Shown piece after piece: positions 1 through 8,314 of a DNA stretch of 64,000 nt; position 1 is the stretch's first letter; every line of letters begins with the position of its first letter. This DNA comes from Paludibacteraceae bacterium (lineage in GTDB: Bacteria > Bacteroidota > Bacteroidia > Bacteroidales > Paludibacteraceae). The stretch is from positions 12,946-76,945 of the forward strand of contig JAFYMG010000004.1 of the NCBI GenBank assembly GCA_017556705.1. Direction: 5' to 3'. The notes beneath the pieces are model-generated. The model was not told the origin of the DNA and did no database searches. It saw only the letters and a list, made by a program, of their open reading frames with translations. Both the position numbers and the translations under genes were made by a program.

Positions 1-317
1 AGCAAAGCGACCTGTCGTCATCCGTGGATGACGACTCCGGCTGCTGCGGAGAGCACTTGGTATGCGAACGCGAGACATTGTTGCAAACCAATGCCAAGGT
101 GGAGTATTACGATGATGAGGAATTAGATACGCTCAGTGGTATCCGTGCGGAAGAATATACTCAGGAGCAATACCAGATGATACGCGAAGTGTTTGATACT
201 TTGCAGGCGAAAGATGTGCCTGGCTGGGTACGAAGCATTCAATTGCGCAATATTCAGTTACCACTCGACATCCGCGAAGAAGCATTGCTCATCGTTGTCG
301 AACGACGAAAAGCATAA
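1..317 (+). CDS. C-terminal fragment of a hypothetical protein (open to the left window edge)
   Basis: The frame of ORF 24..317 has no stop back to nt 3. Cys-rich CCGEHLVCE motif followed by an acidic tail. No family recognised. Confidence 0.45.
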   Translation, partial: QSDLSSSVDDDSGCCGEHLVCERETLLQTNAKVEYYDDEELDTLSGIRAEEYTQEQYQMIREVFDTLQAKDVPGWVRSIQLRNIQLPLDIREEALLIVVERRKA

Positions 318-1222
318 ATTCCAATAATTGTTATCACTATACTGACGATACCCAACCACAGGGTGTCGTTTGTGCCTATAGTATCCATTTCTTCTATATT
401 CCAACCCGCGCGCAGTGCCACGAAATAGAGGATTACTGCCATGGCGTTGTTGGTGAAGTGCATCAGTATAGGTACCCACAGACTGCCTGTCCAAACCAAC
501 ATATAGCCAAACAGCGCACCCATCAGCATGCGAGGAACAAACCCATAGAACTGCATATGTATCGCTGAAAAAAGTATCGCACTGCACCAGATTGCGAGGT
601 GGATGCCCCTTTGCGTAGGTTGTGTCGCTTCGCGAGGTGGTGTGCTCTCTGGGCAGGTTGTGTTGCTTCGCGAGGTTGATGGCTGAAAGAGTCGTTGCAG
701 TACTCCTCGGAAGGTCAGTTCCTCTGCTACTGCAGGCAGTAGCGCCATCAATAGCAGATTGATAATCAATCCTCCGAAGGTGGTTACATTCAGAAACTGC
801 TCGGTCAGTATTTTTGCACTCTCCTCTGATGTCTTCATCCATTGTTCCAATGGCTCTAAAAATGCAGGCAAAGTCATTTGCTGATTGAGATCACTTAGCA
901 GATTGATTGCAGGCAACGCTACCAACATCAGAATTATCGCCCATAGTCCATGGCCTTTTGCCTTTTGCCTATCGCCTTCTTGCCTGATTTTCAACCACTC
1001 CAATGGTTTGTCGCTCCACAGATACGCCACGCAGAGCGGTGGAAGTAGAAAGATAGCAGCAGTTTGGATGAATTGTACCCACTTTAGTGCGGCTACGGAT
1101 AGGGGCTGTGCTAACAAGAAGAAACTTCCCATTGCGGGTATGCTTAGTAAGAATATACATCCAAGCCATTGGATGACTTTCACAATCACATGTGATTGTT
1201 CATATTTTCCTTTTAGTGCCAT
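254..1222 (-). CDS. CPBP family intramembrane metalloprotease (CAAX/Abi type)
   Basis: Multi-TM protein with motifs EELTFRG, FSAIH and HFTNN. Start moved to ATG 1222 (MALKGK) because a TAnnTTTG box at 1241-1248 lies inside the longer ORF. Confidence 0.8.
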   Translation of the reverse strand: MALKGKYEQSHVIVKVIQWLGCIFLLSIPAMGSFFLLAQPLSVAALKWVQFIQTAAIFLLPPLCVAYLWSDKPLEWLKIRQEGDRQKAKGHGLWAIILMLVALPAINLLSDLNQQMTLPAFLEPLEQWMKTSEESAKILTEQFLNVTTFGGLIINLLLMALLPAVAEELTFRGVLQRLFQPSTSRSNTTCPESTPPREATQPTQRGIHLAIWCSAILFSAIHMQFYGFVPRMLMGALFGYMLVWTGSLWVPILMHFTNNAMAVILYFVALRAGWNIEEMDTIGTNDTLWLGIVSIVITIIGIYAFRRSTTMSNASSRMSSGN

Positions 1223-1240
1223 AACTGATCTTATTTCGTG

Positions 1241-1248
1241 CAAAGGTA
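1241..1248 (-). promoter_or_regulatory. Bacteroidetes -7 promoter box TACCTTTG (CPBP gene)
   Basis: The reverse complement of caaaggta matches TAnnTTTG, 19 nt upstream of ATG 1222. Confidence 0.55.
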
Positions 1249-1550
1249 CAGAAAAATACACACAAATACAAAAAAAATCGTAGAAAGTTCACTTTTAGTG
1301 CGATTTTTCTTGTATTAGCCCGCATTTGGGCTACGTAGGGTGGTAGTAGCTGCGGGGGAATCTGTGGCTTTCAGGTTATTTGTCAGTTCGCATACCACTC
1401 GGTTACCACTCCGATGTTTACGGGTGGTTGTTCGGTGAAGGTTTTTTATATGGTGAAAGAATTTCTATAATAATGCTGCAAAAATCTTCGGTACGGAAAG
1501 TGTTTTGTGTCGAAGATTGGAGAATTTGGAGAGAAAAGTGGTAGATATAG

Positions 1551-1600
1551 CATGCGGAAGTTGCTGTATTATAACAACTTCCGCATGGGTGTATTTTTTT
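1551..1600 (+). terminator. Strong hairpin plus T7 tract (terminator-like, plus orientation)
   Basis: 13-bp perfect stem catgcggaagttg/caacttccgcatg (1551-1563 and 1575-1587), then ggtgta and ttttttt. Confidence 0.5.
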
Positions 1601-2014
1601 AGGAAAGCCCAATCTTAATAAACAGCATTTTTGCGGGTTGGGAGTTGAGTCGGAGTTCTCTCGTTCGTCTCCCGCTCGTCGGTCGGTAAAATGAAGAAAG
1701 GTATAAGAGAGCTAAAAGAGAGGTGCAATCTTAATAAAAGTACTTTTACCAATACATTATACATTAGGCGGTCGTGCCTACCCTGTACGGCACTACCCTG
1801 TAGCCGTACGGCTGCGCGACCGCGAGGGTCACGCCATTCTATGTATTGCGCTCAATCCTCAAAGTGGGAACTTTTCGGGCGCAATACTCGGAGTGCGTTC
1901 CGTCGCACTCCTTCACCTTGGTCTTTAGCCCGAGGGAGATAGGGAAGGTACAAAGGAAAAGAATCTTAATATTCTTACAAGAATGTAGGGTAAATAGCAG
2001 AGCAAAAAGAAAAC

Positions 2015-2037
2015 AACCACCTCAAGAAGAAGTGGTT
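2015..2037. terminator. Bidirectional hairpin terminator next to the tRNA-Pro 3' end
   Basis: Stem aaccac/gtggtt, flanked by an A-rich tract upstream and a T-rich tract downstream. Confidence 0.5.
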
Positions 2038-2051
2038 ATTTCTTTATTTTG

Positions 2052-2125
2052 TCGGGATGACAAGATTTGAACTTGCGACCTCCGGTCCCCCAGACCGTTG
2101 CGCTACCGGGCTGCGCCACATCCCG
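2052..2125 (-). tRNA. tRNA-Pro (anticodon GGG)
   Basis: Reverse complement reads CGGGATG...GCGCAGCCCGGTAGCGC...ACGGT CTGGGGG ACCGG...GGTCGCAAGTTCAAATCTTGT CATCCCG A. Cloverleaf with T33 and G37. No encoded CCA. Confidence 0.9.
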
Positions 2126-2178
2126 AAGAAAAAGTTCAAAGCCCATGGTTAGGCCTTGAACTTTCCTTTTGCATGAAA

Positions 2179-2724
2179 TTACTCAGCAGCCTCAGTTGCC
2201 TCTGCTTCAGCGGCAGCAGCCTCTTGAGCAGCCTCTACTGCAGCAGCAGCGAGTGCATCAGCAGCCTCTTGGCGCTTCTTAGCTACCTCAGCAGCTTTTG
2301 CCTTGTTGGTCTCTACCTCTTGAGCGAACAATGCTTTTGCAGCAGCAGCCTTCTTGTCTGCCTCTGCTTGGCTGATCTTACCATTCTTAGCATCCTTTTG
2401 TGCTTTCCAAGCGTCGAAACGCTTTTGAGCCTCTTCAGCAGAGAATGCACCCTTAGCTACACCACCGTTCAAGTGCTTCATGAGCATAACGCCCTCACCA
2501 GAGAGGATGTTGCGAACAGTGTCAGTAGGTTGAGCACCTACGTTTACCCAGTACAAAGCGCGATCGAACTTGAGATCTACCTTAGCTGGGTTGTTGTTTG
2601 GGTTGTAAGAGCCAATACGCTCAATGTACTTGCCATCACGTGGCGAACGGCTGTCTGCTACTACGATGTGGTAGTAAGCGTAGTCCTTGTGACCATGACG
2701 AGCCAAACGAATTTTTGTTGCCAT
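2179..2724 (-). CDS. rpsP: 30S ribosomal protein S16 with Ala/Lys/Glu-rich C-terminal extension
   Basis: N-terminus [42 protein letters not shown] is a canonical S16 sequence. The long low-complexity tail is typical of Bacteroidetes. Confidence 0.95.
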   Translation of the reverse strand: MATKIRLARHGHKDYAYYHIVVADSRSPRDGKYIERIGSYNPNNNPAKVDLKFDRALYWVNVGAQPTDTVRNILSGEGVMLMKHLNGGVAKGAFSAEEAQKRFDAWKAQKDAKNGKISQAEADKKAAAAKALFAQEVETNKAKAAEVAKKRQEAADALAAAAVEAAQEAAAAEAEATEAAE

Positions 2725-2811
2725 TTGTTTGTTGTTATTTGTGGACTACAACTGCACGAGTTGCGTGTCCGGGTTAATATTAATGGTATGCTTTTTACAC
2801 GAAAAAGCGCG

Positions 2812-2819
2812 CAAAGGTA
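2812..2819 (-). promoter_or_regulatory. -7 promoter box TACCTTTG (rpsP)
   Basis: TAnnTTTG match about 88 nt upstream of the rpsP ATG. Confidence 0.5.
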
Positions 2820-2869
2820 CTGCTTTTTTTTTATATATGCAAGAAAATGGCAAAAAAAACGCCATTTTC

Positions 2870-2913
2870 GTTTAGAGGACGCGCCTTTGGCGCTACAGTT
2901 TAGAGTTTAGAGG
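2870..2913. repeat. GTTTAGAG octamer repeats flanking a GCGCC-TTT-GGCGC hairpin
   Basis: gtttagagg ac gcgcctttggcgc taca gtttagagtttagagg. Related copies at 46011-46054, 59216-59238 and 59281-59306. Confidence 0.7.
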
Positions 2914-2922
2914 TGGAGATTG

Positions 2923-4569
2923 CTATTCAACTAATACAAAATCAATTAGTTTGCGCTCGACATCCACTTTGGTGACTTTTACGCGTACTGGGTCGGATAG
3001 GGTATAGGTCTTGCCGCTTCGTGCCGCGATCAAGCAATAGTTCTCCTCATCAAACTGCATATAATCGTTCTTTTCAATGGTGCGAATGGGCACAAGTCCT
3101 TCGGTAAGGGTGTCGGTGAGTTGCACGAAGAGTCCAAACTCGGTAACTCCGCTGATGATGGCATCAAACTCCTCGCCGAGGTGGTTGTTGATCCATCGTG
3201 CGTGCATCTCCTTCACGGAATCGCGCTCCGCCATCTGTGCTGCTAATTCTGCTTCGGAGCAGTGTACACATGCTTCCTCCAGTTCCTCTCGCTCATGGCG
3301 GCATAGCGCCTTGGACTGTAGCAAGTAGCGCGATACGAGGCGGTGCACCATCATGTCGGGGTAACGACGAATAGGTGAGGTGAAATGCGTATAGTAGGGG
3401 AACGCTAGACCATAGTGACCGATATTGTCGGTGGAATAGACCGCCTTGGCCATTGCGCGGATGGTCAAGGTCTCCACCAACGATTGGCAAGCGCGACCTT
3501 GGCAATCATCAAGCAATGCGTTGATATGCTTGTGGGTAGTCTTGCTGTTGGAGGATGTCTTGAGGTGCAATCCAAAGCGCTTGATAAAGGTGCTGAGTCG
3601 TCCGATCTTCTCGGGATCAGGGTTATCGTGTACGCGGTAAACGAAGGGTTTGGAGGACTCCTTGGTTTCGCCGTCTTTGTCTTTCTTTTTCTTGCCGATC
3701 TCTGCTGCCACGATACGGTTAGCAAGGAGCATAAACTCCTCGATCAAGTGGTTGGTGTCGAGCGAGTTATGGAAGAAGATCTCAATTGGTTCGCCCTTGT
3801 CGTCAAGACGAAAATGCACCTCTGGTGACTCGAAGTTGATGGCTCCTTGACGGAAGCGATTGGCGCGCAGTTGTTTAGCCAATGTGTCCAATACGTGCAA
3901 GGCTTCAGATAGTTTGGGGCGGTTATCGGTTGTTGGATATCGGTTATCGGATATCGGGGATTGGGTGTCCAGCATATCTTGTGCTTGGCGATAGGTCAGG
4001 CGATAGTCCGAACAGATGACCGTTCTGCATATCTTGTGGCGAATCACTTTGGCGTTTGGATCCATTTCCACCACTACCGACATACATAGTTTGTCTTCGT
4101 GTGGGCGGAGGCTGCATAGTTCGTTGCTTAGTCGCTCGGGCAGCATGGGTATAACCCTATCAACCAGGTAGATACTGGAACCTCGTTGGTATGCCTCATC
4201 GTCTAATGCGGTTTGCTCTTGCACATAGTGTGTGACATCGGCGATATGGATGCCAATCTGATAATTGCCTGTGTCAAGGATTTGGAATGACAGCGCGTCA
4301 TCAAAATCCTTTGCCTCGTCGGGGTCGATGGTGAAGGTGAGTACGTCTCGCATGTCACGACGACGCAAAACCTCCATGGAGATGGCGTCTTGGGGCAATC
4401 GCTGTACATCCTCCATCACCTCGTCGGAGAAACCAGCGGGAAGGGTATATTCGGATTCTTTCTTTTCGATAACGTCATACGACTTCTTGGAGAACTGTTG
4501 GTTCTTGTTTTTGCGTTGTGTTGCTTTCTCTCGGCGGAGTCGTTTGGCTATGAGATCTTTTGTTTTCAT
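2923..4569 (-). CDS. rnr: RNase II/R family exoribonuclease (RNB plus S1 domains; lacks N-terminal cold-shock domains)
   Basis: Motifs TIDPDEAKDFDDALS, IHIADV, PMLP, HYGLA..YTHFTSPIRRYPD and a C-terminal S1-like GVTEFGLFV. Only about 70 aa precede the RNB domain. Confidence 0.85.
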   Translation of the reverse strand: MKTKDLIAKRLRREKATQRKNKNQQFSKKSYDVIEKKESEYTLPAGFSDEVMEDVQRLPQDAISMEVLRRRDMRDVLTFTIDPDEAKDFDDALSFQILDTGNYQIGIHIADVTHYVQEQTALDDEAYQRGSSIYLVDRVIPMLPERLSNELCSLRPHEDKLCMSVVVEMDPNAKVIRHKICRTVICSDYRLTYRQAQDMLDTQSPISDNRYPTTDNRPKLSEALHVLDTLAKQLRANRFRQGAINFESPEVHFRLDDKGEPIEIFFHNSLDTNHLIEEFMLLANRIVAAEIGKKKKDKDGETKESSKPFVYRVHDNPDPEKIGRLSTFIKRFGLHLKTSSNSKTTHKHINALLDDCQGRACQSLVETLTIRAMAKAVYSTDNIGHYGLAFPYYTHFTSPIRRYPDMMVHRLVSRYLLQSKALCRHEREELEEACVHCSEAELAAQMAERDSVKEMHARWINNHLGEEFDAIISGVTEFGLFVQLTDTLTEGLVPIRTIEKNDYMQFDEENYCLIAARSGKTYTLSDPVRVKVTKVDVERKLIDFVLVE

Positions 4570-4621
4570 TCTATAAGTTTGTTGCAGTCAAATATCGTTT
4601 TTTTTGTGTACAAAAACTATG

Positions 4622-4629
4622 CAAAATTA
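4622..4629 (-). promoter_or_regulatory. -7 promoter box TAATTTTG (rnr)
   Basis: TAnnTTTG match about 53 nt upstream of ATG 4569. Confidence 0.5.
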
Positions 4630-4712
4630 CGCAATTTTATGTTTTATGGCATAACATTGTGAAAACCTGCCAACTTTTTCACTGAAAATTTGCGTGTTTG
4701 CGATATTTATTG

Positions 4713-4720
4713 TACCTTTG
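4713..4720 (+). promoter_or_regulatory. -7 promoter box TACCTTTG (pyrE operon)
   Basis: TAnnTTTG match 56 nt upstream of ATG 4776. Confidence 0.5.
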
Positions 4721-4775
4721 TCCAAATTTTTAGTACTTTAGGTGGTTTGTTGTTTTTTATAAATTTAGTGACAGT

Positions 4776-5408
4776 ATGAGTGTACTACAAAATATGACTG
4801 CAATCAAGATGTTGCAACTGAAGGCGTTTAAGTTCCAGCTGAACAACCCATTTAAGTGGGCCAATGGTTGGTATTCTCCTTTGTACTGCGATGATCGAAA
4901 GATATTGTCTTATCCCAAGATTCGCGACTTTGTACGCATTGAATTGGCGCGTACCATCGCGGAGATGTATCCTGATGCAGATGTGATAGCTGGTGTGGCA
5001 ACCAATGCTATTGCGCATGGCGTGTTGGTGGCAGAGCAATTGGGTCTGCCTTTTGTGTACGTACATCCTACCCCTAAAGATCATGGATTGGAAAACCAGA
5101 TCGAAGGTGAGTTGCGCCCTAGACAAAGCGTGGTGATCGTTGAGAACCAAGTGAATGTAGGTAGCAACTGCTTGAAAGTGGCAAAAGCGCTGAAGGATAG
5201 CAGTTGCAAGGTGCTGGGTGTGGTGACTATATTCGACTATGGTTTTGCGAGCACCTATAAGAAACTGGAGAAAGAGGGTATTGATTTGATTGCACTGACC
5301 GATCTGGAGACTGTGTTGCACCATGCGGAGAATATGGGTGTTATCGATGGCGAGGATAGCAAAGCGATCCACGCATGGCAACGAAAACCATCTAAGTGGA
5401 CAAAATAG
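4776..5408 (+). CDS. pyrE: Orotate phosphoribosyltransferase
   Basis: FKWANGWYSPLYCDDRK plus the PRPP-binding loop VVIVENQVNVGSN. Confidence 0.9.
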   Translation: MSVLQNMTAIKMLQLKAFKFQLNNPFKWANGWYSPLYCDDRKILSYPKIRDFVRIELARTIAEMYPDADVIAGVATNAIAHGVLVAEQLGLPFVYVHPTPKDHGLENQIEGELRPRQSVVIVENQVNVGSNCLKVAKALKDSSCKVLGVVTIFDYGFASTYKKLEKEGIDLIALTDLETVLHHAENMGVIDGEDSKAIHAWQRKPSKWTK

Positions 5409-5411
5409 AAT

Positions 5412-5840
5412 ATGGCTGATATTAAATACGAAAGTAAAATAGGGCAGATTGCGGCGAATGATGCTGCAGTATTTGCTGTGCTGAGCAACTTGGAGAATAT
5501 CAATCACTTTCGTGATGTGATACCTCAAGATAAGATACAAGACTTAGAGATATCTTCGGATCGTATTCGCTTCAAGGTGGAAGGATTGGGACAAAAGATT
5601 GCGATTGCGATTCTGGAAAGAGAAGAATATAAAACGATTAAGTTTGGGGCAGAGAATTTGCCTATTCCATTTAATATTTGGATTCAACTCAAGCAAGTGG
5701 CCGAACTTGATACACGCATTCGCATTACCGTTAAAACGGATATGCCTGCGATGTTTAGGATGATGTTTGACAAGAAAATGCAACAAGGTCTTGACCAAGC
5801 TGTAGATATGCTTTGCCAAGTACCTTATAACAATATGTAA
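5412..5840 (+). CDS. SRPBCC/START-like small protein (hypothetical)
   Basis: 142 aa, soluble, alpha/beta pattern. Recalled synteny with pyrE in Bacteroidales. Family assignment is tentative. Confidence 0.5.
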   Translation: MADIKYESKIGQIAANDAAVFAVLSNLENINHFRDVIPQDKIQDLEISSDRIRFKVEGLGQKIAIAILEREEYKTIKFGAENLPIPFNIWIQLKQVAELDTRIRITVKTDMPAMFRMMFDKKMQQGLDQAVDMLCQVPYNNM

Positions 5841-5842
5841 TC

Positions 5843-6529
5843 ATGGGAAAAAAGAAACGTAATCTCCGTATTCACCGAGAAGGTCGCGGCATTATTGTTG
5901 GTCTGACATTCTTGATTTTTGCTATTAACGTACCCATCTATATGTTTGTTGAAGAATCTAGATGGGTCTTCGCTATCACGTTGCTGCTTTCGGCTGCATT
6001 GTTGGTGTTTGTGACTTATTTCTTCCGCAATCCACACCGAATGTTGGAGGTGGATGATCCTAATTTCTTGATCGCTCCTGCGGATGGACGTATCGTGGTG
6101 GTGGAGCCAACTATGGAAAACGAGTATTTCCATGAAGAGCGTTTGCAAGTAAGTATCTTTATGTCGCCATTCAATGTGCATGCCAATTGGTATCCAATTG
6201 AGGGTACTGTGTTGGTGTCAGAACACCAAAAGGGTAGTCACAAGGGGGCTTGGTTGCCAAAATCAAGTACGGAGAACGAGCGTTCGTTGGTGGTGATTGA
6301 AACGCCAAACAAAGTGCAGCTAGCTGTACGCCAGATCGCGGGTGCGATGGCGCGTCGTATCGTGACCTATGCTAAGCCTGGCAAACAGTCTCGTCGCAAT
6401 GAGCATTTTGGCTTTATCAAGTTTGGTTCGCGTGTGGATCTATACTTACCTCTTGATACCGAGATCTTTGTAGCCGTAGGTGAGAAAGTGACAGGTAATG
6501 AGACAATTATCGGAAGAATTAACTCGTAA
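5843..6529 (+). CDS. psd: Phosphatidylserine decarboxylase proenzyme
   Basis: N-terminal TM helices, FFRNPHR, PADGRIV, FMSPFNVH and the self-cleavage-type KFGSRVD motif. Confidence 0.9.
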   Translation: MGKKKRNLRIHREGRGIIVGLTFLIFAINVPIYMFVEESRWVFAITLLLSAALLVFVTYFFRNPHRMLEVDDPNFLIAPADGRIVVVEPTMENEYFHEERLQVSIFMSPFNVHANWYPIEGTVLVSEHQKGSHKGAWLPKSSTENERSLVVIETPNKVQLAVRQIAGAMARRIVTYAKPGKQSRRNEHFGFIKFGSRVDLYLPLDTEIFVAVGEKVTGNETIIGRINS

Positions 6530-6555
6530 TACTAATATTTAATATCTATACTAAT

Positions 6556-7434
6556 ATGAATAACTTTGAAGCTCTTTTTGCAGAATATTCTTGTGTACTT
6601 ACTGACGAATCAGTAAAAGCGGCTGTAGCAGATATATTGACCAAACATGTGGAGGAAAACAACAATGTAGAGGTGTGGAAGCAATGTTTGCACTCTATTG
6701 ACCTCACTACATTGAACGGTGATGATACCACAGAGAAAGTAGAAACCATGGCGCAACGCGTTAATGAGTTTGAAGATCATTTTCCAGGTGTGCCTAATGT
6801 AGCAGCGATGTGTGTATATCCTGCTTTGGTGCAAACGGCTGTTGATACGCTCACCGAGCCTATCGGTATTGCAGCGGTGGCTGCGGGTTTCCCTGCTTCA
6901 CAAACATTTATTGAGGTGAAAGTGGCTGAGGCTGCTATGGCAGTGGCTGCGGGAGCTACAGAGATTGATATCGTAATATCAATAGGCAAATTCCTTGAAG
7001 GCGACTATCAAGAGGTGTTCGATGAGATTTCTGAAATCAAGGCGGCTATCAAAGATGCTCATCTCAAGGTGATTCTTGAGACGGGTGCACTCAAAACCGC
7101 AGAGAATATCTACAAGGCCTCTATCCTTGCCATGGCTGCAGGAGCTGATTTTATCAAAACATCTACAGGTAAGATTGCTGTTAATGCTACTCCAGAAGCT
7201 ACGTATGTAATGTGTACGGCCATCAAAGATTGGCAAGCAAAAACTGGCAAGAAAGTATGCTATAAACCTGCTGGTGGCGTGAGTACTACCGATGAAGCAG
7301 TACAACACTACACCTTGGTAAAAGAGATCTTGGGACAAGATTGGTTGAACAACGAATCGTTCCGTTTTGGAGCAAGTCGTTTGGCTAATAACTTGTTAAC
7401 CAGCATCTTGGGGCAGGAGACTAAGTATTTCTAA
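6556..7434 (+). CDS. deoC: Deoxyribose-phosphate aldolase
   Basis: IDLTTL, TEIDIVI and the Schiff-base lysine context DFIKTSTGK. Confidence 0.85.
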   Translation: MNNFEALFAEYSCVLTDESVKAAVADILTKHVEENNNVEVWKQCLHSIDLTTLNGDDTTEKVETMAQRVNEFEDHFPGVPNVAAMCVYPALVQTAVDTLTEPIGIAAVAAGFPASQTFIEVKVAEAAMAVAAGATEIDIVISIGKFLEGDYQEVFDEISEIKAAIKDAHLKVILETGALKTAENIYKASILAMAAGADFIKTSTGKIAVNATPEATYVMCTAIKDWQAKTGKKVCYKPAGGVSTTDEAVQHYTLVKEILGQDWLNNESFRFGASRLANNLLTSILGQETKYF

Positions 7435-8110
7435 GGATAATACTAGCTATTTTGGATTGCCCTGCCAGATTGGGGTGGATGCCGTCGGCGCACAGGTAAC
7501 TTTTTCCGTTTCCTAATGTGGTTGTTATATCAACCAACATGCTGTTGGTCGCATCAGCGACCCGCTTGACTGCGTTGTTATATAGTTCGTGTCCTGCCCA
7601 GATGGTTTCTATGCTGCCCTTGAGCCATTTCATCACATTGGCTTTTTGCTCCTTGGTGAACGTAGATGTGAAGAAATCAAAATATCGTTGTGCATCCATT
7701 GGAGGTAAAGACATAATCAATGGGGTATATCCCATCTCACGTACCTTATTTATAACGCGCGCGTAGGTTTTTTCGAAGATGTGAAGCGGCGTTTTGGGGT
7801 GATGCTCTCCATCTGGATAGTTTGCTATGGCTTTCCAATCGTAGTCGCTATCATTGCCTCCGTAACACATCAATACATATTTTGTGCCATCTAAACTATT
7901 CATATGCCGCTCCAAAATGCGTTCGCCAGCTTCGATGGTACAACCCATTTTACCAAGGTTTACCACTTCGCAGTGTAAACTATCTGCTACACGATCTGCT
8001 ATATTGTGATCCGACAACGAATAATGTCCATGACCATTTTCTTCTTGTGTGAATAATACTCCTTTAATAATGGAGTCTCCTAATGCTGCTAATTTCATAA
8101 TCAAATCCAT
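7421..8110 (-). CDS. SGNH/GDSL family hydrolase
   Basis: Block I LGDSIIKG, block III GGND, block V DGIHPN. An alternative ATG lies at 8098. The 3' end overlaps deoC by 14 nt (convergent). Confidence 0.8.
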   Translation of the reverse strand: MDLIMKLAALGDSIIKGVLFTQEENGHGHYSLSDHNIADRVADSLHCEVVNLGKMGCTIEAGERILERHMNSLDGTKYVLMCYGGNDSDYDWKAIANYPDGEHHPKTPLHIFEKTYARVINKVREMGYTPLIMSLPPMDAQRYFDFFTSTFTKEQKANVMKWLKGSIETIWAGHELYNNAVKRVADATNSMLVDITTTLGNGKSYLCADGIHPNLAGQSKIASIILRNT

Positions 8111-8162
8111 GCTATTTCAATCTTTTGTGAGATTAATACCTGCATTTTCTTTAAATGCGGTG

Positions 8163-8170
8163 CAAAATTA
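8163..8170 (-). promoter_or_regulatory. -7 promoter box TAATTTTG (SGNH hydrolase)
   Basis: TAnnTTTG match upstream of the start at 8110. Confidence 0.5.
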
Positions 8171-8240
8171 CTGCCATTTTTGCATCTGGGAAAATATTTG
8201 TGATAATACGGCATGGTTTTTGTAGGAAAATAAGAATATA

Positions 8241-8293
8241 GTGACAAAATACTAAAATACGTGACAAAATATACAAGTATATGATTTTGTCAC
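8241..8293 (+). promoter_or_regulatory. Candidate LytTR operator: two direct GTGACAAAAT repeats plus one inverted copy
   Basis: gtgacaaaat at 8241-8250 and 8261-8270 (20-bp period). Inverted attttgtcac at 8284-8293. Sits immediately upstream of the LytTR gene ATG at 8315. Confidence 0.5.
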
Positions 8294-8314
8294 ACCTAAA
8301 AATGTGACGTAAAA

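Noticed and set aside
258-842. A 194-aa ORF in an alternative frame of the CPBP protease gene.
   Set aside because: It is on the same strand as, and overlaps out of frame, a gene with clear CPBP motifs. Its Arg/Ser/Thr-rich composition is implausible.
1691-2070. ORFs of 83 and 74 aa in the non-coding region next to tRNA-Pro.
   Set aside because: Their Arg/Ser/Cys-rich sequences are generated by GC-rich hairpin DNA, and they have no promoter or start context. The region is treated as non-coding (see finding).
2098-2910. A 270-aa plus-strand ORF.
   Set aside because: It is antisense to rpsP and overlaps tRNA-Pro. The open frame comes from the GCN-rich tail of S16.
4785-5540. A 251-aa minus-strand ORF.
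   Set aside because: It is antisense to pyrE, which has unambiguous OPRTase motifs. The ORF has no motifs and no promoter.
7421-7434. Convergent 3' overlaps: deoC with the SGNH hydrolase (14 nt), and the left-edge ORF with the CPBP gene (254-317, 64 nt).
   Set aside because: Short convergent overlaps are common in compact genomes. There is no structure or motif in the overlaps. This only shows the absence of intervening terminators.
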